Origin: a virus
Lineage: Duplodnaviria; Caudoviricetes
Strand: one strand, 5' to 3'
Length of the DNA stretch: 61,935 nt
Virus record (IMG/VR): IMGVR_UViG_3300044724_001247
Location: 1-61,935 of that record
The position numbers were made by a program, and so were the translations under genes. This document shows positions 1 through 9,433 of this stretch, in pieces. Position 1 is the first letter of the stretch, and every line of letters begins with the position of its first letter. The notes beneath the pieces are model-generated. The model was not told the DNA's origin. It saw only the letters and a list, made by a program, of their open reading frames with translations, and made no database searches.

Positions 1-450
1 TTATCTTAACCTTGCTAGTGTGGTACTAAACTCAACCTGTTCTTGTGAGTTCACTACCTTGAACTTAATAGTTACGTCCAAACTATGTCTGTCGGGTTGC
101 AGATTAACGATCACATCTAGGATCTCTGCCCTTGGTTCGTATACTTCGATATTCTCTATAATGTTTCTACGTAAAGTCGATGACTTGCCACGATCCGCCA
201 ACTCGAACAGTTGAGCCCTAACATTACCACCAAATCGTGGACGAAAGGGTTTCTCCAAGAGATTGGTCATGACCAACGTCTTGATTGATTGTTTGACTGC
301 CGCAGCTCCGTTCTTCTTGAAGATCTCTCCACTAGAAGGTTTTGCTCTGAAAGTCAAATCAATATCGACATAATCCCTCTCCCTCGTAGTCGTAATCGAG
401 GCAGTTTGGAGATCTGTATCTTCTTGTGCGAATGCTCTACGTATTGCCAT
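1..450 (-). CDS. gp25: Baseplate wedge subunit gp25 (GPW/gp25 family)
   Basis: AVKQSIKTLVMT..EKPFRPRFG and YEPRAEI motifs; baseplate context. Confidence 0.92.
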   Translation of the reverse strand: MAIRRAFAQEDTDLQTASITTTRERDYVDIDLTFRAKPSSGEIFKKNGAAAVKQSIKTLVMTNLLEKPFRPRFGGNVRAQLFELADRGKSSTLRRNIIENIEVYEPRAEILDVIVNLQPDRHSLDVTIKFKVVNSQEQVEFSTTLARLR

Positions 451-455
451 AGTAC

Positions 456-463
456 TATTTATA
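456..463 (-). promoter_or_regulatory. T4-type late promoter TATAAATA
   Basis: Exact gp55 consensus 5 nt upstream of the gp25 ATG. Confidence 0.85.
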
Positions 464-470
464 ACCTTTT

Positions 471-1064
471 TTAATCTTTTTCTTTGATTTCTATCAGTTC
501 ATCAGCACTCATCAATTCATTATTAAAATAAGTTTCCACATTACGATCAAAGTTGACATCAAATGTCGCTGGAATATTCGGAAACTCTAGACCAATTTGT
601 GCGGTCAGGCTACCATCAACATTGTATATGTCGTAGTCCAAATAGAGAGTACCAAAGTTGATATAGTCTTTCCAGTACTCAGCTACATCAAAGGTTTTTT
701 CTAGATCGATTTTGCCTTCCCTGTCTACGACTTGATAATATACCAAACTACCATTACCTTTCTTTTTCATCACAGCATCACCTAGATCACCAGTCTTTAG
801 ATCAAAGATGCCTTCCGATACAATCAGTCGAACATCATTGAAGTTCTCGGTGTTACCATTGATGATTCTCATTGCCTCTGCTTGCATGTACAGGTTACGT
901 GCAATCTGTAGTCGAGATGACTTGGACGCTACATGATTGAAAGATGTCCTGTCACCATACGCACCCAGAAACTTTGCGATGGTGACTCCAGGCGCAAGCT
1001 TAGTGGCAGAGGTTATCTCACTACGAAACTCTGGGTTGTATACCGGATCAACTAATACTATCAT
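471..1064 (-). CDS. Baseplate-associated protein, degenerate peptidase M15-like fold
   Basis: Colinear by-eye similarity to the M15A peptidase at 39299-39763 but lacking the Zn ligands; ATGA overlap with the gp5 C-terminal gene. Confidence 0.6.
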   Translation of the reverse strand: MIVLVDPVYNPEFRSEITSATKLAPGVTIAKFLGAYGDRTSFNHVASKSSRLQIARNLYMQAEAMRIINGNTENFNDVRLIVSEGIFDLKTGDLGDAVMKKKGNGSLVYYQVVDREGKIDLEKTFDVAEYWKDYINFGTLYLDYDIYNVDGSLTAQIGLEFPNIPATFDVNFDRNVETYFNNELMSADELIEIKEKD

Positions 1065-2512
1065 GGCGTAAATCTCTTTCCTCTGTTTTCAATCGCATTA
1101 CCGATGGGCTCAAATCCAAATCTAGACGAAGGAGATTTCTTTACTGTCCTACCAATAGCGGGAGGTGTCTTTGACTCGTATTCTGGGTTCAGTCTTTCTT
1201 CGGAAACAAGAATACCACCGACCTTCTCTCGTGTTCTAGGATTTCGGAAAGCTGATCGAATCTCTTGGGTAGTTGGAATCTTATCGAACTGTTGTTCGTA
1301 GTCATCCGTCAACAAGATTCTATTCTTCAAACTGTCCCCAGCATCCACTATTACATTCTTGATTGCATAAGAACCATTGGTTGCATGTGCGACCACAAGA
1401 GTCGGTGTGATTGGGTCTTCCCCTGTAATGTCTGCCTGTGTCTTGATTGCTTCATCTACAGTTGGATCGGATGCCGTGCCCGCTGCTCCTAATGAACCCG
1501 CAGTTGCAGCCTTTTGTGCCTGAAATGCAGACTTCGCTTGGTCTGCCTTGTTCGCATTATATGAACGAAGCGCCTCATCTGCAATACCCTTGAACGTACC
1601 GTGGAAGATTGCACCAGAAGATTCTGCAACTGCACCTAATCCACCTTGGAATACATTACCAGTAAAGTCAACCTTCTTACCACCGATTGCACCTTTCTGT
1701 CCCAACACAGAGACATACTTCGCACCCGTGATATTGGTGTTCTTGGAAGATACTGCAAAGGACTCCTTACCGGATATAAAGATGTTCTCCTCAGAAGCCA
1801 TCTCAATGTTACCCTCAACATAGTTTGTCTGATCAAACTTGACAAACTGGTTGTTGTCTGCTAACATGATGTCAGTGTGAGTGCCAATCGTCTTGGTGGT
1901 CTTAGTCTTCTTGGTGGTATATTGTGAGTTACCCGTTACAGTGGTCTTGTGATTGTGTTCAATCGCTTCGACCTTGTTACCCGCGACATTGAGGTTCATG
2001 TTGCCCCCAACATCGATATTGTAATCACCCGTTACCTTCAGGTTTAGATTGCCATTGTAGACGAGGTTTCCGTGTCCCTCTACAATGACAGTCTGATCAC
2101 CACCCGTGACCTCCACCTTGTTGTTGACAGCAGAGATGACAACAGATCCATCTGCTCTCATCTCGACACCAGCCCCACTTCGGTGTTTGATCAGGATTCG
2201 TTCCCCGCCTGGCGTATCATCATACTCAACGACATGACCCGATGGAGTCTCGTTTACATCATTGAACGGATACTCGGACGGTCTCTGTGGTTGTAGATCA
2301 AGAGACACACCAAAGTCTCCCCCACCCACATACAGATCATTTATTTTCAGTCCACGTGCTGCTTGGTTTACAGAAGTGCCGAAGTTATAGTCTCGTCTAG
2401 GATACTCTCCGGTAGGATCTTGCATACCATCATAAGGTACGCCTAGAGTATCCTCATTACCAGAACCAAGTTTATCAACTCGTAAAGTATAGTTGTCTTT
2501 CTTAGTTGTCAT
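1061..2512 (-). CDS. gp5: gp5-like baseplate hub/spike, C-terminal beta-helix part
   Basis: YPFNDVNETPSGHVVEYDDTPGGERILIKHRSG motif followed by VxGN beta-helix repeats. Confidence 0.85.
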   Translation of the reverse strand: MTTKKDNYTLRVDKLGSGNEDTLGVPYDGMQDPTGEYPRRDYNFGTSVNQAARGLKINDLYVGGGDFGVSLDLQPQRPSEYPFNDVNETPSGHVVEYDDTPGGERILIKHRSGAGVEMRADGSVVISAVNNKVEVTGGDQTVIVEGHGNLVYNGNLNLKVTGDYNIDVGGNMNLNVAGNKVEAIEHNHKTTVTGNSQYTTKKTKTTKTIGTHTDIMLADNNQFVKFDQTNYVEGNIEMASEENIFISGKESFAVSSKNTNITGAKYVSVLGQKGAIGGKKVDFTGNVFQGGLGAVAESSGAIFHGTFKGIADEALRSYNANKADQAKSAFQAQKAATAGSLGAAGTASDPTVDEAIKTQADITGEDPITPTLVVAHATNGSYAIKNVIVDAGDSLKNRILLTDDYEQQFDKIPTTQEIRSAFRNPRTREKVGGILVSEERLNPEYESKTPPAIGRTVKKSPSSRFGFEPIGNAIENRGKRFTP

Positions 2513-4311
2513 TCGACTACAATCTCCGCTGGACTTAGTGGTTGTCTGAGAGCAGGATCGGTAGTGATATTACTCTTTCTGAATACAGACTCAATATAAT
2601 CCACCACATCAAAATAAGGATCAAGTTCCAGTTCATCGATGTCATTGTGACCAAACACCTGACCGCCTGGATACTTACGGTAGAATGATCTCAAGAACTT
2701 CTCAAGTGTCGTGTATTGTTCGCGTGTGAATGCCTGAGCAGACCTAAAGTCAATCGGATTCTCCCCACCAGACGAAATATTTAGACCCCCCACCAACACA
2801 AGGCCAATAGAATACACATCATGACCATTTAGTGGAGCATGTTCTCCGTTACGGTTAATCGGTCTACCCCGTTGCAGTCTACCGTCACGACGAATGACAT
2901 AGTGATATCCAATGCCGTCATGTCCCAGTTCATTGTGAATGTTGTTAAGTTCTATCGCACCAATGTCCTTGTCTGTATAGGACTCGGTTGCATGTACGAC
3001 TACCTCAGTGATGTCTCGTTTGATAGCCGCGAATTCAGCGTCCAGTTCCTCTACCGAAGCAATATAGGTAAAGACATCATCCTCGGTTGCTCTACCCTTC
3101 CATTTCTGGTTGTTAGCATCAACCGGAATACCTTCATCAAACAGGCTTGCATCCACAACAACAGATCCACTGATCGTGGTGTCAAGTTTAGACAGTCCGT
3201 TGTCAATAGTAATCAACTCATTGGTAGTAGTTTCGACCTCACTATCAGGGACGCCTTGTTTATTTGCTTCGTCTGCAATCTTGTCGCTCAATTGTTGTGG
3301 AGTATCAGCCTCTTGTTCCGATACAATTTTCTTCATTCTGTCAGATACGTTAGGCGACTTGAGAGTCAATGTCTTGATCGCTTTTGTTTTCTCCGCAGGA
3401 TCTTTGCTTGAGAACTGTTCTAAGATCTTTTGTCTTTCTGACTCTGTAGCAGAGATACCGCCTGGCACAATGTTCTGAATAAATGCATTTGCACTTCCGG
3501 TTACCTTCTCCGCCAAGTTCTGCAAGACTCCACTCAAGCCTGCCTCTGTTCTTTGATTGAACTCAGTAGTAAAGTTGTTCAACTCAGAGGTGAACTTATC
3601 GACCACCGAATTGGTATCTTTGAGTACAGTCTTGCTCAGTGCTTTGATATCACCAAACTTAGATAATGAATTCTTGGGATCATCTAGTTTTGCGGTCAAT
3701 CCACCGATACCCGTTGCGTCCGATACCGCGTCCTTGGCATCACTCGCAACACCACTGAGACTTGGGATAGGAGTTACTTTCTTTGCAATGTCATCAATTT
3801 TAGGAATCTTGAGATCAGGAAGTGCAGTATTGATTGCAGAAAGTTCCTCTGCGTCTGCAATAGTTGCGGTGAAGGCAGATATGTCTGATAGTGATTCCCC
3901 TGAGATTGTTTCTACCTTTTCCATTGCCTGCTGGATGTCCTTGGGTGCACCACCACCTACCACAGCCATGGCGGCAGAAGGTTTGTCTCCACCAGACTGT
4001 GTCATGGCAGGGAGTCCTACCAGAGACTCCAATTCAGCAGAAGGACTTTTCGTCCCACTAAGGCCGGGAATCTGGTCTGTGATTTTACCCACACCATCCT
4101 TGAGAACTTCATTGGGAGAGATTGCTGACTCACCAAGACTCTTGACACCAGCCAAAGTTTCACCATCAACCGCACCAATCTTACTAGTTGTTTTGGCAAA
4201 CTTCTCTTCTACTGCTTGCACAGAAGTGTCGGCAAACTTCGCATTCTTTGCTTTGAGTTTGTTCTTTTCTGCCTGTAAAGCGGTATCTACGTCTGATTTC
4301 TTCAATGCCAT
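2509..4311 (-). CDS. Tail-associated N-acetylmuramoyl-L-alanine amidase (Amidase_2/T7-lysozyme-like C-terminal domain, long helical N-terminus)
   Basis: VVVHAT, IGYHYVIRRDG..GRP, SIGLVLVGG and GHND..DP motifs. Confidence 0.85.
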   Translation of the reverse strand: MALKKSDVDTALQAEKNKLKAKNAKFADTSVQAVEEKFAKTTSKIGAVDGETLAGVKSLGESAISPNEVLKDGVGKITDQIPGLSGTKSPSAELESLVGLPAMTQSGGDKPSAAMAVVGGGAPKDIQQAMEKVETISGESLSDISAFTATIADAEELSAINTALPDLKIPKIDDIAKKVTPIPSLSGVASDAKDAVSDATGIGGLTAKLDDPKNSLSKFGDIKALSKTVLKDTNSVVDKFTSELNNFTTEFNQRTEAGLSGVLQNLAEKVTGSANAFIQNIVPGGISATESERQKILEQFSSKDPAEKTKAIKTLTLKSPNVSDRMKKIVSEQEADTPQQLSDKIADEANKQGVPDSEVETTTNELITIDNGLSKLDTTISGSVVVDASLFDEGIPVDANNQKWKGRATEDDVFTYIASVEELDAEFAAIKRDITEVVVHATESYTDKDIGAIELNNIHNELGHDGIGYHYVIRRDGRLQRGRPINRNGEHAPLNGHDVYSIGLVLVGGLNISSGGENPIDFRSAQAFTREQYTTLEKFLRSFYRKYPGGQVFGHNDIDELELDPYFDVVDYIESVFRKSNITTDPALRQPLSPAEIVVE

Positions 4312-5177
4312 TATACTATCCTATCAACCAACCGTCTTGCTTGTAGTTCAACTTGTTTGATAAACGAAGCATCATTTTTTCCAAGGTAGTACTTACAAAA
4401 CACCTCACAAATACCACCCCTACCTTCATAGTTGGTGGCTTGCAATAGTCGGATGTTGGCACCTGTTTGTGTGCCTCTCAACTCATAGGCGATAAATGCC
4501 AGTTGGGTCAGGAAGAATCCAAAATTGTTTGAGAAGTTTTGTAAGTCAGTATACCTGTCTCTAGAGAAGTCGGCAAGTCCTCGTGATTGTTTATTCACGC
4601 CCGTTCTCATACCGGATGCAATAGTCAGAGCAGCGGCAATCGATATAGATTGTTTCACACTATACCCAAGGTTCAAAAAGAATTGTACCGCAGTTTTTTG
4701 CCGTGAGGACTGTACTCTGACCTCGGTTGCTCCGGTCTCTTCGTTCAGAATATCCGCATCTTTAGGTTTGAAACCAGCTATGAATGAGTCAAACAGACCT
4801 TCGGGTTTGTTGTCTTCGCCAATATCTTCTTCTGCTTGACCTATCTGTACCGGAGTCGGTAGTTCAATGTGAGGAAGCGATCCCAACACGATGGGTGTCT
4901 GGGAGTTCTTGCCGTCCATGAACATACCAAACACCAGAGAGTTAGGTTGAAGTTGAGGCATACGTCCGATTCCAGATATTCCTCCTTCAGTAGTAGGAGT
5001 AACACATTGGGCCCACGGCAGATCGTTCTGAGGAATTTGTTGTGTTGATTGTGTATGTAATCCGTGCACACGGATCTTTACACGACCCTCAAATCCATAT
5101 GGAGGTGAGGCGTCTATAACAGTCGCGATAAACCATCTAGTGCTATCTCCATAAAACTCGCTTAGAATACTACTCAC
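4311..5177 (-). CDS. gp5: gp5 N-terminal OB-fold fused to a phage-tail-lysozyme-like domain
   Basis: WFIATV..GRVKIRVHGLH..LPWA..VFGMFMDG..PIVLGS OB fold; C-terminal GYS...QLAFIAYEL lysozyme-like segment. Confidence 0.82.
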   Translation of the reverse strand: MSSILSEFYGDSTRWFIATVIDASPPYGFEGRVKIRVHGLHTQSTQQIPQNDLPWAQCVTPTTEGGISGIGRMPQLQPNSLVFGMFMDGKNSQTPIVLGSLPHIELPTPVQIGQAEEDIGEDNKPEGLFDSFIAGFKPKDADILNEETGATEVRVQSSRQKTAVQFFLNLGYSVKQSISIAAALTIASGMRTGVNKQSRGLADFSRDRYTDLQNFSNNFGFFLTQLAFIAYELRGTQTGANIRLLQATNYEGRGGICEVFCKYYLGKNDASFIKQVELQARRLVDRIV

Positions 5178-6535
5178 GGCAGTCTCTCCAACTTACAGAC
5201 ATTCATTGACACCGTGTGTTGTGTACCTGAGAAGGTATGACGAGTATCGTAGATAATAAAGTCGCCAGACTTACCCTTATCTATTAACTCATCTTCACTA
5301 GCAAACAAAGACTGTTCGGTATTATCATTAACTACCTTGAGGTTGACAATGTCACCCACACTTGCTTTTGAAATAATGAAACCCGCACCTTCTATGACTA
5401 CGTTCAACATGTTCTTGTAGAGGTGGTTTAGAATACCTCGTCGTTCAAGTTTCTTCTTGAACTTGGTGGCATCAAACTCATCATGATAACTCTTGAACCT
5501 ACCATATGTGCCACTAGATGTCACGGTATGGAATATTCTGGGTTCAAATACATCAGCAAGAGTCTCGTCCATTGTGAACTGAGGATCAAAGACATTCTGG
5601 TTTTCACCAATGACACCTTGTTGATTTAGATTATTGAAGGTGTTCCGTATGGTGTGGTGTTGAGAAAAGATCTGACCAGTATTCAGATTCGTGTTACAGT
5701 ATGCGGCTGACAGTGCACCCTCTTGAACTAGTTTGAGAGTGTTCGATTGTTTTGATACCTTCATCGCTTTGATTGTGAAGGTTTTTTCTAATTCAGTTTG
5801 CGATTCCGCCGTAGATACGTTGGCGGGATTGTACGTATATGGTAACCTTGAGTTGAATGCTTGTTGTGATAACATGGAGTCTAGATTACCCAGACGCAGA
5901 TTATCGTCGTGCATGGACGCATAGGTAAAGAACGGAGAACCTGTTACAGTCGTGGCTCGGCTAGTCAACCATTTGATTGCTTGTAGTGGGTTTAGGTTTG
6001 GAATGATTCCCTTGATATTGGTCTGAACAGGATCACTTTTAGCGCCATCAATAAACAGATAGGATAGATCTATATTCATATTCATTTCTGTGGCAAGTAG
6101 TTTGACCAAGATGTCATCGATCCTACCATTGAAGGATCTACTTATCTTCTTCATCTGTGCCAGAAACGCATGTTCGTCCAACAGAGTAAACACATACATG
6201 CTGGACTTACCGTTGTCCGTAGACTTGACAGACCGTTCCACTCCGGTCATCATAAAGACCCTTTCAAAGACTGGGTCTAGATCATTCTCAGCGGAGGACA
6301 ACCGGATCGAAAATCTCTCGGTACCTTGGAAATCAATCTTGTCGAACAGTGCCTTGTCATCAAGAATCACCACAGTTCCGGTCAAGTAAGGTTTGTCCAG
6401 ACTTTCAAATATGTTCAACTCAGCAATAGATGTACGAACATCAAAGAAAGAAGCATCAAATCCACCCATACGGTCTGCACTGATGGCAGCCTCGGTGATT
6501 TTGAACTGTTGTGATGTGTTTAGTTTAGACGCCAT
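5174..6535 (-). CDS. Baseplate hub protein (gp27-like)
   Basis: IAELNIFESLDKPYLTGTVVILD N-terminus; SGDFIIYDTRHTF C-terminus; lies between gp53 and gp5. Confidence 0.7.
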   Translation of the reverse strand: MASKLNTSQQFKITEAAISADRMGGFDASFFDVRTSIAELNIFESLDKPYLTGTVVILDDKALFDKIDFQGTERFSIRLSSAENDLDPVFERVFMMTGVERSVKSTDNGKSSMYVFTLLDEHAFLAQMKKISRSFNGRIDDILVKLLATEMNMNIDLSYLFIDGAKSDPVQTNIKGIIPNLNPLQAIKWLTSRATTVTGSPFFTYASMHDDNLRLGNLDSMLSQQAFNSRLPYTYNPANVSTAESQTELEKTFTIKAMKVSKQSNTLKLVQEGALSAAYCNTNLNTGQIFSQHHTIRNTFNNLNQQGVIGENQNVFDPQFTMDETLADVFEPRIFHTVTSSGTYGRFKSYHDEFDATKFKKKLERRGILNHLYKNMLNVVIEGAGFIISKASVGDIVNLKVVNDNTEQSLFASEDELIDKGKSGDFIIYDTRHTFSGTQHTVSMNVCKLERLP

Positions 6536-7284
6536 TATACCTTCTGTCTATGGAAGCTATTGAACTCGTTGACAACCTGATCTACCGTATCAGGTCTCAG
6601 GACATTGATTTCTTTTAACTCGTCGTTACGTCTCTCTAATCGATCTCGAAACGTGACGGGCGTCCAAGAAGAAGATGGACTATCAAAAGCAAACAATGTA
6701 AGATCTTGATGTACACCATTAGCATCTTCATAGTGGTGAACTGCATTGTACTGGAGAGACTCTTTTACAACGACCGCTGTAAATACCTCACCTTCGGCAC
6801 TGATGTAAGATATGGTCTCACCCACATTGAAGTTATTATTGTCCACCGTATCAATGATGATCTGACCCATATTCAGATCCCGTTTTATCACAGTTCCGGT
6901 TGTACCACTGGTGTTGCCTGATAGAGTCTGACCAGTAGGGAATGAGTTTGATATGTCATCATTTGTGGTGACTGTTCTGTAAGGATACTTGGACTTTGCC
7001 TGATTCAAGATGTCATATGTTGCAACTGGCCAACCAGACTGGCGAAGGTGATCATTCATCAAAAAGAATGTCCAGTAATAATCCGTAGTCCCATAGAGTT
7101 TGTACGAGAGTGTATCAGGCCTCTCTCCACTAGTGATGGTATACTGATTATAGAAAGACACATTATCTTTCAGTCCGTCAATGAGATCCACATACTGACC
7201 CAGATTGTCAAAGAAGACCGGAGATTCATTGTCACCAAATCGATAGGCAACAATATCAAATGGCTTGAAGTATTTTGTTGTCAT
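6535..7284 (-). CDS. gp53: Baseplate wedge subunit gp53
   Basis: GERPDTLSYKLYGTTDYYWTFFLMND LysM-like motif; VHHYE. Confidence 0.9.
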   Translation of the reverse strand: MTTKYFKPFDIVAYRFGDNESPVFFDNLGQYVDLIDGLKDNVSFYNQYTITSGERPDTLSYKLYGTTDYYWTFFLMNDHLRQSGWPVATYDILNQAKSKYPYRTVTTNDDISNSFPTGQTLSGNTSGTTGTVIKRDLNMGQIIIDTVDNNNFNVGETISYISAEGEVFTAVVVKESLQYNAVHHYEDANGVHQDLTLFAFDSPSSSWTPVTFRDRLERRNDELKEINVLRPDTVDQVVNEFNSFHRQKV

Positions 7285-8276
7285 TAGAATCCATCCTCTT
7301 CAACATCTTTCCTACTGAGCGTTCTGGTTTCTTGGAATGACAGAGACATCTCAATTTCAGTAAAGTTACCGTCTCCGTGCATCGACATCGATGTGTTGTT
7401 ATACGTTACACTCACATCCCGCAAGAAACATGGCTTGATACGAGTAGCAATCTCTTCACCGTCATACTCAACCGTGATCTGAAACTTGTTTGGGAATCGA
7501 TACCCTACAGAGATCTTACTCGTACCTTCAGCAACCGGAATATCAATTGTAGACGGATACAACTCGGTTCGGAAAAGTTTGATGATCTCCTTTATTTCCT
7601 CCGCTTCTCGTGCGGAGGTAGCGAGAAACTTGAATGCAAAACCAAACTCTCGTAGTGCTACAGACTTGAACAACACACGAGTGTTGGGGTTTGTAGTAAC
7701 TCCACCCGCAGATCTGAATGCTCCCGCTACTTCATCAGGGCCTTTCATTGCGAGTTTAACCGCACCCAGTTTAGCGAGATCCTTGTTTGCAGTTCCTTTC
7801 AGTCCCGCACTTAAAGTTGACAAACCACCTTCAACTAGACCAGCGAGTGCTCCCGACCCGCTCTTCAATGCTGCTTCTGCACCCGCACCAGCGCCACCAA
7901 GATCAAAGTTCTCATATTGAACATTGTCACGAAATTGCAAACCCGCAGGTAGATACAAGGATACCTGTCTACCCGTTGCAATTAGAGGTCTTTCTCTTAT
8001 GATCGGAACACTTTGTTGGGGCCCGTTTTTGTGACCGTCTTCTGCTTTTTTAATATCCGCTGGTTTGGATAGACCTATTGCTTCACCTGCTTCTTGGATA
8101 CCAGACTTTGCGAGATTAGTTGCTGCTTCAGCTAGATTGCCCAAATCAGTCTCAGGTTCTTCCATAACATTGAATACAAGTCTACCTTTGTATTCGTCAG
8201 GATTGTTTAACGGGTATTCTAGGTCTTTTGTTTCCTTTGCCGCTGCAATACCCTGAACTTCATTCGGTTCTGCCAT
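7284..8276 (-). CDS. gp48: Baseplate tail-tube cap gp48
   Basis: LYLP, NPNTRVLFKSVALREFGFAFKF and EMSLSFQE motifs. Confidence 0.88.
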   Translation of the reverse strand: MAEPNEVQGIAAAKETKDLEYPLNNPDEYKGRLVFNVMEEPETDLGNLAEAATNLAKSGIQEAGEAIGLSKPADIKKAEDGHKNGPQQSVPIIRERPLIATGRQVSLYLPAGLQFRDNVQYENFDLGGAGAGAEAALKSGSGALAGLVEGGLSTLSAGLKGTANKDLAKLGAVKLAMKGPDEVAGAFRSAGGVTTNPNTRVLFKSVALREFGFAFKFLATSAREAEEIKEIIKLFRTELYPSTIDIPVAEGTSKISVGYRFPNKFQITVEYDGEEIATRIKPCFLRDVSVTYNNTSMSMHGDGNFTEIEMSLSFQETRTLSRKDVEEDGF

Positions 8277-8287
8277 TTTACTAATCC

Positions 8288-8322
8288 GATAAATAAGTTA
8301 AAAACTATTGTCTTTATTTATA
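8288..8322. promoter_or_regulatory. Divergent late promoters: GATAAATA (+, 8288-8295) for gp4 and TATAAATA (-, 8315-8322) for gp48
   Basis: Consensus and near-consensus octamers in the 54-nt divergent spacer. Confidence 0.7.
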
Positions 8323-8330
8323 AGGTTTCC

Positions 8331-8825
8331 ATGGCATATTCTGGAAGATACACGGTAAAAAATATCAAGAAGTATGAAGGTGACCACACAAAGGTGGTAT
8401 ACCGTTCCTTGTGGGAGAAACACGCATTCAAATGGTGCGACACTAACCCCAAGGTAAAGAGGTGGTCTTCCGAAGAGGTTATTATACCATACTTATATGA
8501 GGTTGACAAGCGTTATCACAGATATTTTATGGACTTGAAGATGGTACTTGAGGATGGGTCTACATGGCTGGTAGAGATCAAACCGGACAAAGAGACTCGC
8601 ATACCCACAGGCAATCGTAGATCCAAGAGGTTTATATCTGAGAGCATGACCTATGTCAAGAACGTCAACAAATGGGAAGCTGCAGCAGAGTATGCCGCAG
8701 ATCGTGGGTGGAGGTTTGCTATCTGGACGGAAAAGAACGAACCACTGAAGAGTCTTATTCCCAAATCAACAAAACCTATGAAGACTCTAAAACCATTGAA
8801 ACCTTTTCAAAAACGTAAAAAATAA
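8331..8825 (+). CDS. gp4: Head completion protein gp4 (TnsA-like endonuclease fold)
   Basis: KYEGD..YRSLWE..WSSEE..HRYFMD..EIKP..KWEAA. Confidence 0.93.
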   Translation: MAYSGRYTVKNIKKYEGDHTKVVYRSLWEKHAFKWCDTNPKVKRWSSEEVIIPYLYEVDKRYHRYFMDLKMVLEDGSTWLVEIKPDKETRIPTGNRRSKRFISESMTYVKNVNKWEAAAEYAADRGWRFAIWTEKNEPLKSLIPKSTKPMKTLKPLKPFQKRKK

Positions 8826-8826
8826 G

Positions 8827-8834
8827 TATAAATA
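8827..8834 (+). promoter_or_regulatory. Late promoter TATAAATA
   Basis: Exact consensus 5 nt upstream of the gp2 ATG. Confidence 0.85.
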
Positions 8835-8839
8835 AGAGT

Positions 8840-9433
8840 ATGTCGAACATATTCAACAGACTCGAACTACAGGCATTCCGTGCTGGGGTTACTCCTCGCA
8901 CCGAGGAATCGCGTGAATGGTTCAGAAAGAAAGCATCCAACATGCGTTCCATCAACCGACAAGAGTTGATGAAAGAGGAACCCCTGAAGACCAGAGCCCA
9001 ACGAGGTGTTATTGGTACGATGCAGATGTTCTTCTATGATCCGAAGGGCAAAGACACTCTCCCATACTATGACACGTTCCCCTTGGTGGTAGTTGTGGGC
9101 CCAGCAGAAGGTGGGTTCTATGGTTTGAACCTACACTATCTGCCACCCTTGTTACGCGCCAAGATGTTGGATTCATTGATGGAGGTTGCCTCCAGCAAGA
9201 CCAGTGATGATGCGAAGTTCAACATCACATACAAACGACTACAGAGTATCTCTAAGTTGCGATACTACAAACCATGTTTCAAACACTACTTGACCAAACA
9301 CGTACAGAGTAAGTTTGCAGAAGTCCCAGCCCCTGAGTGGGAGATCGCAACATTCTTGCCAACCGCAAGTTGGAGAAAGTCAAACTCTCAGAAGGTGTTC
9401 TACGATTCAAGACAGATGATAGGTAAAGATTAA
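8840..9433 (+). CDS. gp2: DNA end protector protein gp2
   Basis: YDPKGKDTLPYYDTFPL..GLNLHYLPP..CFKHYL. Confidence 0.93.
   Translation: MSNIFNRLELQAFRAGVTPRTEESREWFRKKASNMRSINRQELMKEEPLKTRAQRGVIGTMQMFFYDPKGKDTLPYYDTFPLVVVVGPAEGGFYGLNLHYLPPLLRAKMLDSLMEVASSKTSDDAKFNITYKRLQSISKLRYYKPCFKHYLTKHVQSKFAEVPAPEWEIATFLPTASWRKSNSQKVFYDSRQMIGKD

Noticed and set aside
3557-4360. 267-aa plus-strand ORF
   Set aside because: Antisense shadow of the amidase-containing tail gene; no promoter, SD or motif
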